A stretch of 64,000 nt of DNA from an uncultured Myxococcales bacterium. GTDB taxonomy: Bacteria > Myxococcota > B64-G9. How positions within the stretch are numbered: position 1 is the stretch's first letter; each line of letters begins with the position of its first letter. A program made the position numbers and the translations under genes. A model generated the notes under the pieces. It did not search any database, was not told where the DNA came from, and was given only the letters and a program-made list of their open reading frames with translations. The DNA is taken from the NCBI GenBank assembly GCA_964561025.1, contig CAZLNM010000012.1, positions 416 through 64,415 of the forward strand, given 5' to 3'. Below, in pieces: positions 44,799 through 56,264 of this stretch.

Positions 44799-47700
44799 GG
44801 CCGCGGGCGGAGGTCGTGCCTTCGCGGCCTTGCTGCTGGTCTTCTCCGGCGGATGCGCCGCGGGTCGGCTCGCCATCGAGGGGCTGCCCGAGGACGCTGT
44901 TTCTTCTGAGCCGCGCCAGATCACCCGCGGGTTGGAGGACGAACTCTCCCCGGTCATCGACCCCGCCCGGCGCCGGCTCTTCTACGTGTCCAACCAGGGC
45001 CAGGACCGGGAGATCTGGGTGCGTTCGCTCTCCGGGGGAACGCCACGGCGCGTCACCAGCGATCCCGCCGACGATTTCGATCCGGCCCTCTCCTTCGACG
45101 GAAAGAAGCTGGCCTTCGTCTCCCAGCGCCTCGACGCCAAGGGGGACATCTTCGTGCTGGATCTTTCCAGCGGCGGGCTCGAGCGTGTCACCGACCGCAG
45201 CACCGCGGAGCGCCAGCCGGTGTTTTTCCCCGACGGCCGGTTGGCGTTTACGCGGATCCGGCCCGACAGCGACTCCGAAAGCATCTACCTCATGGACGTC
45301 GCCCGTCGCAGCGTCTCGCGGCTGACCCGCCGCGACGGGTTCGACCCCGCGGTCTCGCCGGACGGGCGCTACCTGGCCTTCACCTCGCCGAACAACGAGG
45401 GGCCTCCCTGTATCTGGCTGCATGATCTTACCGATGGCAGCGAGCGGCCGCTCACCGCTTGCGATCGGCCCGAGGCGTTTCCCGCCTTCGGCGGCGAGGT
45501 CGCGCCGTGGCGGGTGGTGTTCTCGCGCTTCCAGGACGACACCAATGGCGACGGTCGCATCGACACCGCCGATCGCCCCTCCTTGTGGCGGGTGGAGATC
45601 GCCTCGGACGGCCGCGCCTCGGAGCCATTCCCGCTGACGACCGGTCTGTCGTCCGACATCCAGCCCCGCGTCCTGGGCAACAGTGTCTACTACGCCAGCC
45701 GCACCGAAGGCGGCCTGGACATCTGGCGAACGTCCATCACCGGGCGGGGCGCTCCCATCGCGAGCCGCAAGGACATGCTGTCGCGGGCCAACGGCGCGCC
45801 CGATGGGCAGCAATCCCTGTACTGGCTGCGCCGGGCCGAGCGCGAGCTTGGCGCGTTCGGCGAGGTGGAGCTCTCACGCGTGCTCCAGGGAGAACGACTG
45901 CTCGAGGCGGGCCGGTTGCAGGAGGCGGTCGAGGTGTTCTCGGCCCTGTCCGAGAAGGCGCGCCTGGCCTCCATCCGGAACCGGGCCCGCTGGGGCCTGC
46001 TGGCGGCGCGCGTGCAGCGCGAGCTGCCCGCGGGGCTCTCCGCGGCGCAGCTTCTGGAACGGCGCGCGCGCATCGAGGAGTTCCTCGGCGAGGTCGCCTC
46101 GTTGCCGGTCTCAGACACGCGGCGCGCCTTGTTACGCGCTCAGATCCTGGATCGCGCGGGCCGGCCCGACGAGGCGCTCTTGCAGCTCGCGCTGCCCCTC
46201 GAGGCACAAAAGAGCCAGAGCCGGCTGACGGTGAAGGCCCTGCTGCAGCGCGCGGAGCTGTGGAACCGCACCGGCAATCCGGAGGGCGCCAGGGGCGACG
46301 CGCTGGCTGTGCTGAAGGCCTCGCGGGCCACCCCGGCCGAAAGGCGCCGGGCCGCCGAATTCCTCTTGAAACTCGCGCTCTCCCTCCCCGAGGCGGCCGA
46401 CGCGCGTCCGGTGCTGGAGCGCCTCCAGGAGCTCTTGCAAGCGGGCGAACTCCTGCCCGATCTCCGCAGCCTGGCCGGGCTCGCCCTCGGCGATTGGTAC
46501 CTGGGGCAGCGACAGCAGGATCGGGCCCGGGCAGCTTATATTTCGGTCTTCGAACGCGAGGACACGCCCCCGGATCTGGCCGGTCGGGCGCTGCTCGCGC
46601 TCTCCCGGCTGGACCGCAGCGCCGGCGATACCGGAGCGGCCCTGGATCGAGCGGTGGACCTGCTGCGGCGATTTCCGGAGCATCCGGCCGCGGCGGTGCC
46701 GGCGCGGCGCGAGCTGGAGGAGCTGGGGCGGCGCACCCTGGACGAGCTCACCTCGCGCGGGGAGATCGGCGGCGCGCTGCGCGTGGCGCAGCGCATGCTG
46801 GAGCAATACGACGACGATCCGGTGTTGTGGCGGCGCTGGCTGGACCTGATGGCTCGCTCGGGCCAGATCGAGGCCGCGCTCCGGCGCTGCCGCGAACTGC
46901 TGGCGGCTCGGCCGGGGGAACTTTCGCACTACCTGCTCGGCCTGGCGCTGACCTACCACGAGCCGCCCCGGCACTTCTCGCAGGCGGAGCGGCACTTGCG
47001 CGAAGCGCTGGCGCTCGACGAGCGGCTGCCGTATGCCTACCAGACCCTGGGCTGGATCGAGGAGCAGCGGGGGAGACAAGACGGGGATGGCGAGGCGTTG
47101 AGCCGCGCGGCGGCAGCCTACGATACGGCGCTGCTGCTGCTCGACGCGCGCACCCAGCCGGAGACCGAGGCGGACCTGCTGCAGAACCTGGGCAACGTGC
47201 ATTTTTTGCTGGGCAACCACCGCCAGGCCCATCAGTTCCTCAAGCGGCGTGAGGAGGCGGGTTTTCCGTTCCGCCACCCGGTGACCCGGCAGGTGTTTCT
47301 GGAACAGTTCGGGCGGGCCGCCTTCCTGGCGGGAGAGCATGAAGACGCTCGGCGGAGCTTCGCCGCCGCCATCGAGCACGCGGAGCGCGAGCCGGCCCGC
47401 CGGGCGCGCCTCGGCTGGCTGTGGAGCGCGCTGGGGGCATCGCATCAGCTGGCGAACGACCACCCGGCGGCGATCGAGGCCTTCTCCCGCTCCTGCCGGA
47501 TCTACCGGGAGGAGAAGCAGGTGGCGCGGGAGGAGATCTGCCAGCGCAACCTGGCCAACAACCTGATGTTGGCGGACCGGCTCGAGGAGGCCGCCAAGGC
47601 CTTCGCCGAGGCCGAGAGGCTCCTCACCCGGCTCGGCGCGGCGGACGATTCCGGCGGCGGGGTGTCTGTGGCGGTCACCGGGCGCGGGTCGCGGGCGGCC

Positions 47701-50700
47701 TTCGGCTTCAACCGGGCGCAGGAGCGCTACCTGCTGGCGATGCTCCAGAGCCGGCTCTTCTGGCGGATGGGAGAGCCATGGCTTTCGCTGGCGGCCGGCG
47801 CTCGCGCCCTCGAGCTGCTCTCTGTCGAAATGCAACGGGAAGGGGCGGAGGCGCTGGCCCCGGATATGGCCAGGGTGGCCAGCCAGCAGGCCGACCGGCT
47901 GGCCCGCGCGGGCGAGCTAAGGCAGACCGCCCAGCAGGCGCGCGAGTCGCTGTCGTATGCCGACACCGCCGGAGAGGCCGAGGGGCTGGCGACCGGAGGC
48001 ATCAACCTGGTGAGCCTGGCGGCGGCGGACGGCAGCGGCGTGAGCTGGCAGGAGGCGGATCAACGCCTCTCCGCCATCCAGGGCCGGGTGGAGCGCGCCA
48101 GCGATCTTGCGGACCCCGGCCTGCCGCGCCGCTTCGCCAGCGCTCGGGGCGTGGCAGGATTCCGGGCGGCGCTCTCGCAGCCCCTCCCCGAGGCCCACTC
48201 GGATCCCGAGCGTCAACTCGTGCAGTCTATCGCGTTTCTGGATCACGCGCTCAAACGTCTAGAGCAGGCGGGTGAAGACCTGACGCGCGCCTGTCCGGCA
48301 GAGGATCCGCGAAGCCGCTCTGAGCTACTGTCTGCGACGTTGGCGTGCGACAACCTGGCCGTCTTGCGTGAATTCGCAGGCGACAGCGAGGCGGCGGCCG
48401 GGTTGCGACGCGAGAACCAGCGCCGCAGCGATGACTTTGAACTGTTGTCCGTCGGCTGGCGGCTCTCGGGCACCTCCTTGCAGGCGAGAGCGAAGACGCT
48501 GCTGTCCTTGCCGAGCGAGCTCTCTGGGACCCGGGACGATCGAGCCGCCCGGCTGGCCCGGGACGAGCTGTTGCGGTCGCTGGGAGAAGAGGCGCTGGCG
48601 CGGGAGGACGCCGCCGCGGCCCTGGAATGGTTCGACAACGCCCGCTTGCGAGACCGCCAGGACCGGCTCCAGGCCGAGGAGATGGAGCTGCTCGTGCCCG
48701 AGGAGGCGGAGTCGCTGCGGCGCATTCGGCAGATCGTCGCCCGGGTGCAGGCGGCCCTGGCGCGGATCGAGCCCGCGACGACGGAGGAGGAGCGGGCCCG
48801 GCTGAAGCGCGAGGTCGCTTCCGCTCTTGCGGAGTTTTCTGAGCTGCGCGCCCGGACGGCCGCCTCCAATGCGCTGTGGCTTCTCTGGGGCCAGGCCGCC
48901 TCGGCCGCCGAGATCCGCGCGGCGCTCTCGCCGGGCGAGGGCATGCTGGTCTACGTCCCGACTCCGCGGCGGCTGGTGAGCTTCTGGATCACGGGCGAAC
49001 AGGTGAAGGAGGTGACGCTGCCGGTGCCGGCCGCGACGCTGCGGCAGGCGGTGGAGGAGCTGCGCGGCGGTGATCCCGAGCGCTCCCGCCTCGCCAGGCG
49101 CCGATTGACGGAGTGGCTGGTGGAGCCCTGGCAGAAGGAGGTCGCGGGCCTTCGCACCGTCCTGCTGGTCGCGGGGACGAGCGAGATCCCGCTGGAGGCG
49201 CTCGAGCTGGGCGGTGCTCCGCTACGGTCACGGCTGTCGGTGAGCCGTCTTGCGACCGCCTCGGACCTGGTCCGGCTGCGCCAAACCCCGCGCTTCAACT
49301 ACCGCATCGGGCTGTGGCGCGGCCCGGCGCCCGAAGCGTCGTTCGCGCGGGCGTTGAAGGAGCGCCTGGGCGAACTGAACGTCCGCCCGACCGAGGGGAA
49401 CGCCGCGGCGCGCGGCTTGGCCGGCGAGGAGGCGGGCGTGGTAGTCTTGGCGGAGCTGCTTCGAGGCAACCCGTTGCGCCTGCTCCGTCCCTGGGTGCGG
49501 GGGGGCCGGGAGAACCTCGTGCTGGACGAGGAGTCCGCGCGCGCCAGCCTGTGGATCGCTCCGCTCGAGCCGCGGGATGTCGCAGCGCGAGAGGCGCTGA
49601 TGGCGGCGATGATCGCCACCGGGGTCCCCAGCGCCGTGGTGCCCGGCGATCGGCTGGCGGAGCCGGCACACCAGGCCGCCCTGCTGGAGCTCTTGTCCCG
49701 GCTGGAACGAGCCGGGCCGGCGGCGGCCGTGTCCGCGATGAACGGGCTCGGGCCCGCGCCGCCGGCCGCGGTATCTTCCTGGTACATCCTGGGAGATCCG
49801 GGCCTCGACGCCACGGAGCGGCGCGCGCGCGCCGAGGCCGCGCTGCCGGCGGACGTCCAACGCGCCATGTCGGCCTACGGCGCCAAGCGCTGGAAGGAAG
49901 CGCAGGAGGCATTCTTGCGGACGCGCTTCTGGGTGCGCTTCTTGGGGCGCGAGGAGCTGCTGCCCCGCATCGAACAGGGGTTGGTCCAGTGCGCCTTCCA
50001 CCTCGAGGACTTCCCGCGGGCGCGGTTCCACCAGACCCAGATCGTGGACATCGCCCGGCGGGCGGGTGACGCCGTGGCCGTGGCGCGCGCGCAGGCGCTG
50101 CTGGGCGTGCTGGAGGCTCGTCTGCAAAACCACCGCGCGGCCGAGGAGCTGCTGCGTGGCGCGGCCGAGGCGTTGGAGAGACATGGCAACCCGGCCGAGT
50201 CCGCCGGGGCCTGGACCAACCTGGCGCTGGCGCTGGACGCCGCCTCGCGCTATGCGGAGGCGCTTTCGGCCCTGGGCAAGGCCAGCGCCATCTATGAATC
50301 GCTGGGGGATCAAAAGAGCCGCCTTCGGCTGGAGCAGAACGCGGGGACGATCTACCTGCGGCGCCTCAACGACGTCGCCGTGGCGCGCGAGCGCTTCTTT
50401 GCTGCCTTGGGGATCGCGCGCGCCCTCGCGGATCGCGCCCAGGAGGCCGCCATCGGGTTGGACCTGGCGCGTTGCGACCTGGCCGCCGGCGACTATTCCG
50501 GGGCGCTGCAGCAGGCCGAGCGAGCGCTGGAGATTTCGCGGGAGCTCATGGACGCGGCCGGGCAGGCCGCGGGATTCATCGAGCAAGCGCACGCGCACTG
50601 GTACCAGGGCGACTACCCGGAGGCCTGGGCCGCCCAGGGCCGCGCCCTGGAGCTGGCGAAGCAGGCGGGCGATCGCCGCCTGGCCGTGATGGCCCGGAGC

Positions 50701-52653
50701 CTGGGTGGGTTGATCGCCCTCAACCTGGGGGATCTGAAAGAGGCGGAGCAGCGCCTGGGCCAGGCGCTGGAGGAGGCGCGCCAGGCCCGATTGGCCGACG
50801 AGGAGGCCACCCAGCTCAACAACCTCGGGGCGGTGGCCCGCGAGGCCGGAGACACCGCGCTGGCCCGCAAGCGCTTCGAGGAGGCCCTGCGCCTGGACGA
50901 GGCGCGCAAGAACGAGCTGGGCCGGGCGTACGATCTTCGCAACCTGGGCCTGCTGGAGCTTGCCGCCGGGAACCGGCCCACCGCCAAACGCAACCTCGAC
51001 GAGGCGCTACGGCTCAGCCGCGCAACGAAAGATCGCTTCAATCAGGCGAAGGTGCTGCTGGGCCTGGCGGACGCGGAACGCGCCCTGGAGGGTGGGGGCG
51101 AGGCGGCGCAAGAGCACGCCCTGGAGGCGGAGCGGATCGCCACCGAGCTCGGGCTGAAGGAGGTCGCCTGGCGGGCGCAGCGGGTGCTCGGGGATCTGCG
51201 GGCGGGCCGGGGAGAGCTGGAGCCGGCCCTGGCCCATTACCGGGAGGCGCTGCGCCTGGTCGAGAGCATGCGGGTGATCGCGGGTGGCGATCTGCAGGCG
51301 GGGCTGTCCGACGACAAGTACGAGCTCTACGAGTCCGCGGTGCGAGTGCTGTGGCGGCTCGGGCGGGAGGACGACGCCCTGGTCATGGTCGAGCGCTCGC
51401 GTTCGCGCCGCCTGCTGGATCTGCTGGCCGGGCGCGTCATCCACGCGGGTGGGCGGGCCAGCGAGTGTCTCGCCACCATCCAGGAGGCGGATCGCGTCTT
51501 GGCCGGGAGGGCCCGGCTCAAAGACGTGACCGATGAAGAGGCCCGGCGGATCCAGGACGCGACGGAGCGCAAGAACGCGGCGCTGGCAGAGCTTCGCCGC
51601 ATCCAGCCGGAGCTGGCCGAGCGGGTCGAGATGCAAGAGATCCGCTTGCAGGACCTGGACGGCCGCATCCCGCCGGACACCGTGCTGCTCGATTACTTCG
51701 TCTCCCGCGAGCAGGTCATGGTGTGGGCGCTGCGAGCCGACCGGCGCGTCCTGCGCGTCGTGCCCTTGGCTCGCGCGGAGCTCGAGCGGCGCGTCAAGTC
51801 GCTGCGCGAGGATGTCCAACATTTCGAACCCGTGGACGGGGAGCTCGCCCTGCTCTACCGGGATCTGCTGGAGCCGGTCGAGGATCAACTGGCCGGGGCA
51901 GAGCGCCTGGGGATCGTGCCCCACGGCATCCTGGCCCGCGTCCCGTTCGCCGCGCTGCGCGACGGCGGCGGCCGGGCCCTGGTGGAGCGCTTCGACATCT
52001 TCTGGTTGCACTCGGCGCTGATGTTGGAGCAGCTGCGGCGGCGCGGTGAGCAACGGCTGGGTCCCGGCGGCGAGGCCCTGGTGGTGGCCAACCCGGCGGT
52101 GAAGGACCGGCCGGCGCTACCGCTCTCGGAGCTGGAGGCGGTGGAGGTGTCGCGCGAGCTCCCCGGCGCCGAACGCTGGCTCCGCGAGGACGCCCGCAAG
52201 GACCGGGTCATCGAGCGCCTGCCGGGCGCCGAATTCGTCCACCTGGCTTGCCATGGCACCCTCGACGCGCGCAACCCCTTGCGCAGCCGGCTGCTGCTCT
52301 CGCCGGGGCCCAACGGGGATGGAGACCTCAGCGCGCAGGAGGTGTTCGACCTGTTTCTGTCGGCTCGCCTGGTGACGTTGTCGGCCTGCGACTCCGCGCT
52401 CACGGGCGGCGTGGCGGGAGACGAGTTGGCAGGCCTGCCCCGCGCCTTCCTGTCCGCGGGCGCACAGAACGTCATCGCCGGCCTGTGGCGCGTCGCGGAT
52501 CCGGCGACGGCCATGCTCATGAAGCGGCTCTATCGCGAGCTGTCCCGCCATCCCCCTGCGCGGGCGCTGCGTCTGGCGCAGCAGGTGGTGCGGCGGTATT
52601 TCCCGCACCCGGGCCAGTGGGCCGGGTTCGTGTTGTACGGCCTGGGCGAGTAG
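44791..52653 (+). CDS. giant (about 2,620 aa) lipoprotein: TolB/PD40-like beta-propeller, about 1,900 aa of TPR-like repeats, C-terminal CHAT (caspase-fold) protease domain
   Basis: Signal and lipobox-like [15 protein letters not shown]40-type repeats follow ([64 protein letters not shown]), then long TPR-like arrays. The CHAT end carries His (HLACHG, codon 52252-52254) and Cys (LSACDS, codon 52387-52389). The ATG at 44791 overlaps the MCP stop by 8 nt; the tracked GTG start is at 44758. Confidence 0.8.
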   Translation: MCRAAGGGRAFAALLLVFSGGCAAGRLAIEGLPEDAVSSEPRQITRGLEDELSPVIDPARRRLFYVSNQGQDREIWVRSLSGGTPRRVTSDPADDFDPALSFDGKKLAFVSQRLDAKGDIFVLDLSSGGLERVTDRSTAERQPVFFPDGRLAFTRIRPDSDSESIYLMDVARRSVSRLTRRDGFDPAVSPDGRYLAFTSPNNEGPPCIWLHDLTDGSERPLTACDRPEAFPAFGGEVAPWRVVFSRFQDDTNGDGRIDTADRPSLWRVEIASDGRASEPFPLTTGLSSDIQPRVLGNSVYYASRTEGGLDIWRTSITGRGAPIASRKDMLSRANGAPDGQQSLYWLRRAERELGAFGEVELSRVLQGERLLEAGRLQEAVEVFSALSEKARLASIRNRARWGLLAARVQRELPAGLSAAQLLERRARIEEFLGEVASLPVSDTRRALLRAQILDRAGRPDEALLQLALPLEAQKSQSRLTVKALLQRAELWNRTGNPEGARGDALAVLKASRATPAERRRAAEFLLKLALSLPEAADARPVLERLQELLQAGELLPDLRSLAGLALGDWYLGQRQQDRARAAYISVFEREDTPPDLAGRALLALSRLDRSAGDTGAALDRAVDLLRRFPEHPAAAVPARRELEELGRRTLDELTSRGEIGGALRVAQRMLEQYDDDPVLWRRWLDLMARSGQIEAALRRCRELLAARPGELSHYLLGLALTYHEPPRHFSQAERHLREALALDERLPYAYQTLGWIEEQRGRQDGDGEALSRAAAAYDTALLLLDARTQPETEADLLQNLGNVHFLLGNHRQAHQFLKRREEAGFPFRHPVTRQVFLEQFGRAAFLAGEHEDARRSFAAAIEHAEREPARRARLGWLWSALGASHQLANDHPAAIEAFSRSCRIYREEKQVAREEICQRNLANNLMLADRLEEAAKAFAEAERLLTRLGAADDSGGGVSVAVTGRGSRAAFGFNRAQERYLLAMLQSRLFWRMGEPWLSLAAGARALELLSVEMQREGAEALAPDMARVASQQADRLARAGELRQTAQQARESLSYADTAGEAEGLATGGINLVSLAAADGSGVSWQEADQRLSAIQGRVERASDLADPGLPRRFASARGVAGFRAALSQPLPEAHSDPERQLVQSIAFLDHALKRLEQAGEDLTRACPAEDPRSRSELLSATLACDNLAVLREFAGDSEAAAGLRRENQRRSDDFELLSVGWRLSGTSLQARAKTLLSLPSELSGTRDDRAARLARDELLRSLGEEALAREDAAAALEWFDNARLRDRQDRLQAEEMELLVPEEAESLRRIRQIVARVQAALARIEPATTEEERARLKREVASALAEFSELRARTAASNALWLLWGQAASAAEIRAALSPGEGMLVYVPTPRRLVSFWITGEQVKEVTLPVPAATLRQAVEELRGGDPERSRLARRRLTEWLVEPWQKEVAGLRTVLLVAGTSEIPLEALELGGAPLRSRLSVSRLATASDLVRLRQTPRFNYRIGLWRGPAPEASFARALKERLGELNVRPTEGNAAARGLAGEEAGVVVLAELLRGNPLRLLRPWVRGGRENLVLDEESARASLWIAPLEPRDVAAREALMAAMIATGVPSAVVPGDRLAEPAHQAALLELLSRLERAGPAAAVSAMNGLGPAPPAAVSSWYILGDPGLDATERRARAEAALPADVQRAMSAYGAKRWKEAQEAFLRTRFWVRFLGREELLPRIEQGLVQCAFHLEDFPRARFHQTQIVDIARRAGDAVAVARAQALLGVLEARLQNHRAAEELLRGAAEALERHGNPAESAGAWTNLALALDAASRYAEALSALGKASAIYESLGDQKSRLRLEQNAGTIYLRRLNDVAVARERFFAALGIARALADRAQEAAIGLDLARCDLAAGDYSGALQQAERALEISRELMDAAGQAAGFIEQAHAHWYQGDYPEAWAAQGRALELAKQAGDRRLAVMARSLGGLIALNLGDLKEAEQRLGQALEEARQARLADEEATQLNNLGAVAREAGDTALARKRFEEALRLDEARKNELGRAYDLRNLGLLELAAGNRPTAKRNLDEALRLSRATKDRFNQAKVLLGLADAERALEGGGEAAQEHALEAERIATELGLKEVAWRAQRVLGDLRAGRGELEPALAHYREALRLVESMRVIAGGDLQAGLSDDKYELYESAVRVLWRLGREDDALVMVERSRSRRLLDLLAGRVIHAGGRASECLATIQEADRVLAGRARLKDVTDEEARRIQDATERKNAALAELRRIQPELAERVEMQEIRLQDLDGRIPPDTVLLDYFVSREQVMVWALRADRRVLRVVPLARAELERRVKSLREDVQHFEPVDGELALLYRDLLEPVEDQLAGAERLGIVPHGILARVPFAALRDGGGRALVERFDIFWLHSALMLEQLRRRGEQRLGPGGEALVVANPAVKDRPALPLSELEAVEVSRELPGAERWLREDARKDRVIERLPGAEFVHLACHGTLDARNPLRSRLLLSPGPNGDGDLSAQEVFDLFLSARLVTLSACDSALTGGVAGDELAGLPRAFLSAGAQNVIAGLWRVADPATAMLMKRLYRELSRHPPARALRLAQQVVRRYFPHPGQWAGFVLYGLGE

Positions 52654-52666
52654 GTTCCGGCGCCGG

Positions 52667-55261
52667 CTAGTTCCGCGGAAGGAAACGGCGGATGCGTTGG
52701 CACAGCTCCTCGCGCCGGGCGGCGTCCTTCCCCAGGGGGGTCAGGCCGAGGCGGTTGTCCTTGCGCCCGGAAGAGGAGAGCTCCAGAAGGCCCATCTCGG
52801 TGTAGCGCTGGATGGCGTTGCGGAACAGATCTCTCGACAGCGCCTCGGGCCAGCGCAGCTCTCCCTGGGCGAATTCGTGCTCGCCGAGCTTCAGCAGTCG
52901 GTTCTGGAACTCGCGCTCGGGCAACGGCTGGGGTTCGAGCAGCGAAAGCCCGCGGGCGCACAACAGGTAGGACTCCAGGAAGTGCTCCAGGGCGCCGCAG
53001 AACACCTGGCCCAGCTCTCCGGTCGCCTCGCCCTTGACCACGAAGTCCCCCTCCGAGCGCAGCAGTCCCAGGCGGCCCAGGTCCGTCAGGGCCTCCTGTA
53101 GCTCGGAGTCGAACTCGCGGCGGCTGCGGAACAGAAATTCCTGTTTGAGGAGCTGAGACAGATCCTGGATACGCTCGGCGAGCGGGCCGCGCGGCACCGC
53201 CTCCACCGTGAAGGACTGGAGCGCCAGCATCACGATCGAGGCCGGCACGAAGTGGTGGATCACGTTGTTGCGGTAGTAATCCAACGCCAGGCGGCGGTGC
53301 TCCACCGGCGAGAGCACCACGTCCAGCCCCGTGTCCTGCAGCGTGATCAGGCCGTCCCGGGCGAAGCGGGAGGCGGCCTCGGCCAGCGCCCGCGGGAAAT
53401 CGGACAGGGTCTGGGAGAACCGCGCCGGGCGCCGGCGGGAGATCCACTCGGCCGCCCAGCGGGCCCGCTCCAGCAGTTTCTTTTCGCTCATGCCGCGCCG
53501 CCGGTGGGTGAGCAGGCAGAACGCCAACAGGCCGGAGGGGGTGACCGTGGCCACCTGGTTGATGCGGAAGAGGATGTCGTGGGCCAGGGCCGAGATCAGC
53601 TGCCGGCGCGACTCCTCGTCGGGCGCGGTGGAGTAGCCGCGCTGCGAAAGGTACTCGCGCAGCGACACGATCTCGCCCACCTGCAGGTAGATCTTGCCGT
53701 ACCGGCTGCGCAGCGCCTCCCCGGCCTTCACCAGGGCCACCACGTTCTCCTTCTCCTTCTCGCCTCCGGAGAGCTCCCGCACGTAGCTCCGAGCCTCCAC
53801 GATCTTTTCGTAGTCGATGGACAGCGGTACGAAGTGGATGTCGGCGTCGGATTCGTCCAGGCAGGCCTGCACCAGCCAGGAGAGGATGCCGAACTTGGGC
53901 GGCAATAGCTTTCCGGTCCGGGAGCGGGTGCCCTCGATGAAGAACTCGATGGGGAACCCCTCCCGCATGACGTGGCGCAGGTAGGTGCGGAACACCGCCG
54001 GGTACAGCTCATCGCCCTTGAACGAGCGGCGCATGAAGAAGGCGCCCGAGTGCCGGAAGATGGGCCCCATGGGCCAGAAGGACAGGTTGATGCCCGCCGC
54101 GATGTGGGGCAGCGGAAGCGCCTCCTGCAGGCACATCTGGCTCAAGATGAGGTAGTCCACGTGCGAGCGGTGCGCCGGGCAGAACACCACCGGCGACTTG
54201 CGCAGGGCGGCCCGGATGCGGTCGAAGCCTTCCTGATCCACCACCACGCCCTCGTACATGCGCTTCCAGAAGACGTTGAGCACGGCGTTGAGGAACAGCG
54301 GCCAGCGGATGCGCGGCTCGGCGGCGATCTCGTCCAAAAGGTCGTTGGCGCGCTGGCGCAAGGCCTCGGTGCGGGTGTTGTCGCCGGCCGCCTGGGAGGC
54401 GATGTGCTCCAGGAGGTGGGGATCCGAGAGGATGTCGCGGATGAACTCCTGGTGGGGCCGGAGCCGGGGCCCGGTGACCCCGTAGGCTTCCAGCGAGAAG
54501 CGCTGCGTCAGCGCCTCGAACAGCCGCGGTGCCTGTTGCGCCGCGTCCGCCGGGCCCTGCTGTTCGAGGAACGTCTTGAGCTCCAGCGGTTCGCCGACCT
54601 TGAGGAAGGCGTTGCGGTAGCGCCGCCACAGCACCCACAGCGAGCGCAGCAGGCCGGGGGCCTCGGGTTGCCCGAAGACCGCGTCGGTGAGGCTCTTCGA
54701 TTCCCGCTCGGGATGGCGGTCCCACACGAACATGTGGGGCACCAGGTGGATCGGGCGCTCCATGCGCCGCTGCACCTCGATCAGGGTCTCCAGCAGGCGC
54801 GTGCCGTCGACACCGCCCACGCTGGTCAGGGTGGCGGGGCGATCCAGAAACAGCAGCGCGGAGCGGTTCGCCTGGAGCATCGCGGCGAGTTGGATCGCCT
54901 CGGGGTGGGCGGTGGCGTCCGGCGGCTCCTTCGAGTCGTCCCGGGCCAGGTTGCGCATGTGCCCGAGCAAGAGGCCGACCGGCTCGAACAGGATCGGGTC
55001 GACCTCATTGACGAAGGCCGCCAGCGGGAGCCGGTGTTTCAGGCACATGTAGTTGAGGTACAAGAAGTGGACCGGGTTGGCGGAACGCCCCACGTACACC
55101 ACCGGCCCGCGCTCGGCGATCTCCCGGATGCGCGCGGCGGCCTCGGGCGGAAAGCGGATGGGATCGAAGTAGCGGGCGAAGAAGGCCCGCAGCAACGGGC
55201 CGTAGCCGTCGTGCATGGCGAGCGGCGGAACGGGGAGCGATGGGTCGGTGTTCTCGGTCAT
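52667..55261 (-). CDS. plsB: glycerol-3-phosphate 1-O-acyltransferase
   Basis: About 860 aa with the acyltransferase H(X4)D block VFCPAHRSHVDYLILS, plus FFMRRSF and IEGTRSRTGKLLPPKFG, as in PlsB. I prefer the start at MTENTD (55261); the tracked start is 55330. Confidence 0.82.
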   Translation of the reverse strand: MTENTDPSLPVPPLAMHDGYGPLLRAFFARYFDPIRFPPEAAARIREIAERGPVVYVGRSANPVHFLYLNYMCLKHRLPLAAFVNEVDPILFEPVGLLLGHMRNLARDDSKEPPDATAHPEAIQLAAMLQANRSALLFLDRPATLTSVGGVDGTRLLETLIEVQRRMERPIHLVPHMFVWDRHPERESKSLTDAVFGQPEAPGLLRSLWVLWRRYRNAFLKVGEPLELKTFLEQQGPADAAQQAPRLFEALTQRFSLEAYGVTGPRLRPHQEFIRDILSDPHLLEHIASQAAGDNTRTEALRQRANDLLDEIAAEPRIRWPLFLNAVLNVFWKRMYEGVVVDQEGFDRIRAALRKSPVVFCPAHRSHVDYLILSQMCLQEALPLPHIAAGINLSFWPMGPIFRHSGAFFMRRSFKGDELYPAVFRTYLRHVMREGFPIEFFIEGTRSRTGKLLPPKFGILSWLVQACLDESDADIHFVPLSIDYEKIVEARSYVRELSGGEKEKENVVALVKAGEALRSRYGKIYLQVGEIVSLREYLSQRGYSTAPDEESRRQLISALAHDILFRINQVATVTPSGLLAFCLLTHRRRGMSEKKLLERARWAAEWISRRRPARFSQTLSDFPRALAEAASRFARDGLITLQDTGLDVVLSPVEHRRLALDYYRNNVIHHFVPASIVMLALQSFTVEAVPRGPLAERIQDLSQLLKQEFLFRSRREFDSELQEALTDLGRLGLLRSEGDFVVKGEATGELGQVFCGALEHFLESYLLCARGLSLLEPQPLPEREFQNRLLKLGEHEFAQGELRWPEALSRDLFRNAIQRYTEMGLLELSSSGRKDNRLGLTPLGKDAARREELCQRIRRFLPRN

Positions 55262-55345
55262 GACGAGCCGGCCGGGCGGGCCTCCGCTGTGTGGTGGGCC
55301 GAAGGTAGCAGACCGCCCGGGAGGGCGCAAGGTGCCCCGTGGGCA

Positions 55346-56251
55346 TCACCCGCGCGAGCGCTTCTTGCGGTGGGCGGCCGCGCGGGCCCGGCCCTCGGCG
55401 TGCAGCCACTCGTTCTTCGCCCCTGCGATGTCGCCGAAGCGGGTGAGAGCCGCCTTGGCCTTCTTCTTCATGAGCCGCTGGTGCTCCTCCTCCGGGACGA
55501 AGGCCAGGATGCGGCAGATGCAGCTCTCGCCGTCCACCAGCCGCCAGGGGAAGGCGCCGATCACCGCCCGGCGGTTGAGCAGCAGGTCGATGTCCCCGCC
55601 CAGGCACTCGGCGTGGATGATGCCGTGGTCGAACATCTCGATGTGCATGAGCTGGTACTTGGAGTCGTCGAAGAACTTCGCCAGCGGTTGCTTGTATTTC
55701 TTGCGGAAGTGCAGCTCGGCCTGGCGGGCCTCGCGCGGCATCCAGTTGCGGATGATGGTGTTCATGGGGTGGTCGGCGCTGCCGCAATCCACCCCGATCC
55801 AGCGCAGCTGCTTGCGCTTGGCCCAGCGGGCGAACTCCCGGTCCGGCCCCGGGTGTTTCACCATGTATTTCACCTCGTGGGCGGTCGGCTGATCCCAGCC
55901 GAAGTGGTGGAAGCCGGTGTGGATGATGAGGATGTCGCCCGGGCGGACCTCGACCCGGTCCTCGACCATCTTCGAGGTGTACACGTCGTACTCGCCGGCG
56001 GCGTCCGACAGGTCCACGATGGCGCCGGCGTGCATCAGGTAGTCGAGGGGGAGCTGGGCGATGTCGCGGCCCGGGGTGTAGAAGTGGATCTCCCCGTCCA
56101 GGTGCGTGCCCACGTGGTTGGAGTGGGTGAGGAGCTGGCCGTTGGCGCCGTTGGGGGCCAGCCTCTTGAAGTACTTCATCTGCAACGGCTCGTAGGTCGG
56201 CCAGGCCGGGGTGCCGATGCCCAGCGGGATGCTCAACTCGATCGGAAGCAT
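55346..56251 (-). CDS. cyclase-family (kynurenine-formamidase-fold) metallohydrolase
   Basis: HVGTHLDGEIHF matches the HxGTHxDxPxH cyclase-family motif. 301 aa. Confidence 0.7.
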   Translation of the reverse strand: MLPIELSIPLGIGTPAWPTYEPLQMKYFKRLAPNGANGQLLTHSNHVGTHLDGEIHFYTPGRDIAQLPLDYLMHAGAIVDLSDAAGEYDVYTSKMVEDRVEVRPGDILIIHTGFHHFGWDQPTAHEVKYMVKHPGPDREFARWAKRKQLRWIGVDCGSADHPMNTIIRNWMPREARQAELHFRKKYKQPLAKFFDDSKYQLMHIEMFDHGIIHAECLGGDIDLLLNRRAVIGAFPWRLVDGESCICRILAFVPEEEHQRLMKKKAKAALTRFGDIAGAKNEWLHAEGRARAAAHRKKRSRG

Positions 56252-56264
56252 GATCTCCTCCTTG

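Noticed and set aside
42093-44957. Upstream two-thirds of the 1425-aa minus-strand ORF (40680..44957)
   Set aside because: It is exactly antisense to the MCP gene, whose product has unmistakable HAMP and MA motifs. The minus-frame translation here is Arg/Gly/Ala/His-rich with no motifs. Only 40680..42092 (the FGE-sulfatase lipoprotein, with its own RBS and signal peptide) is credible.
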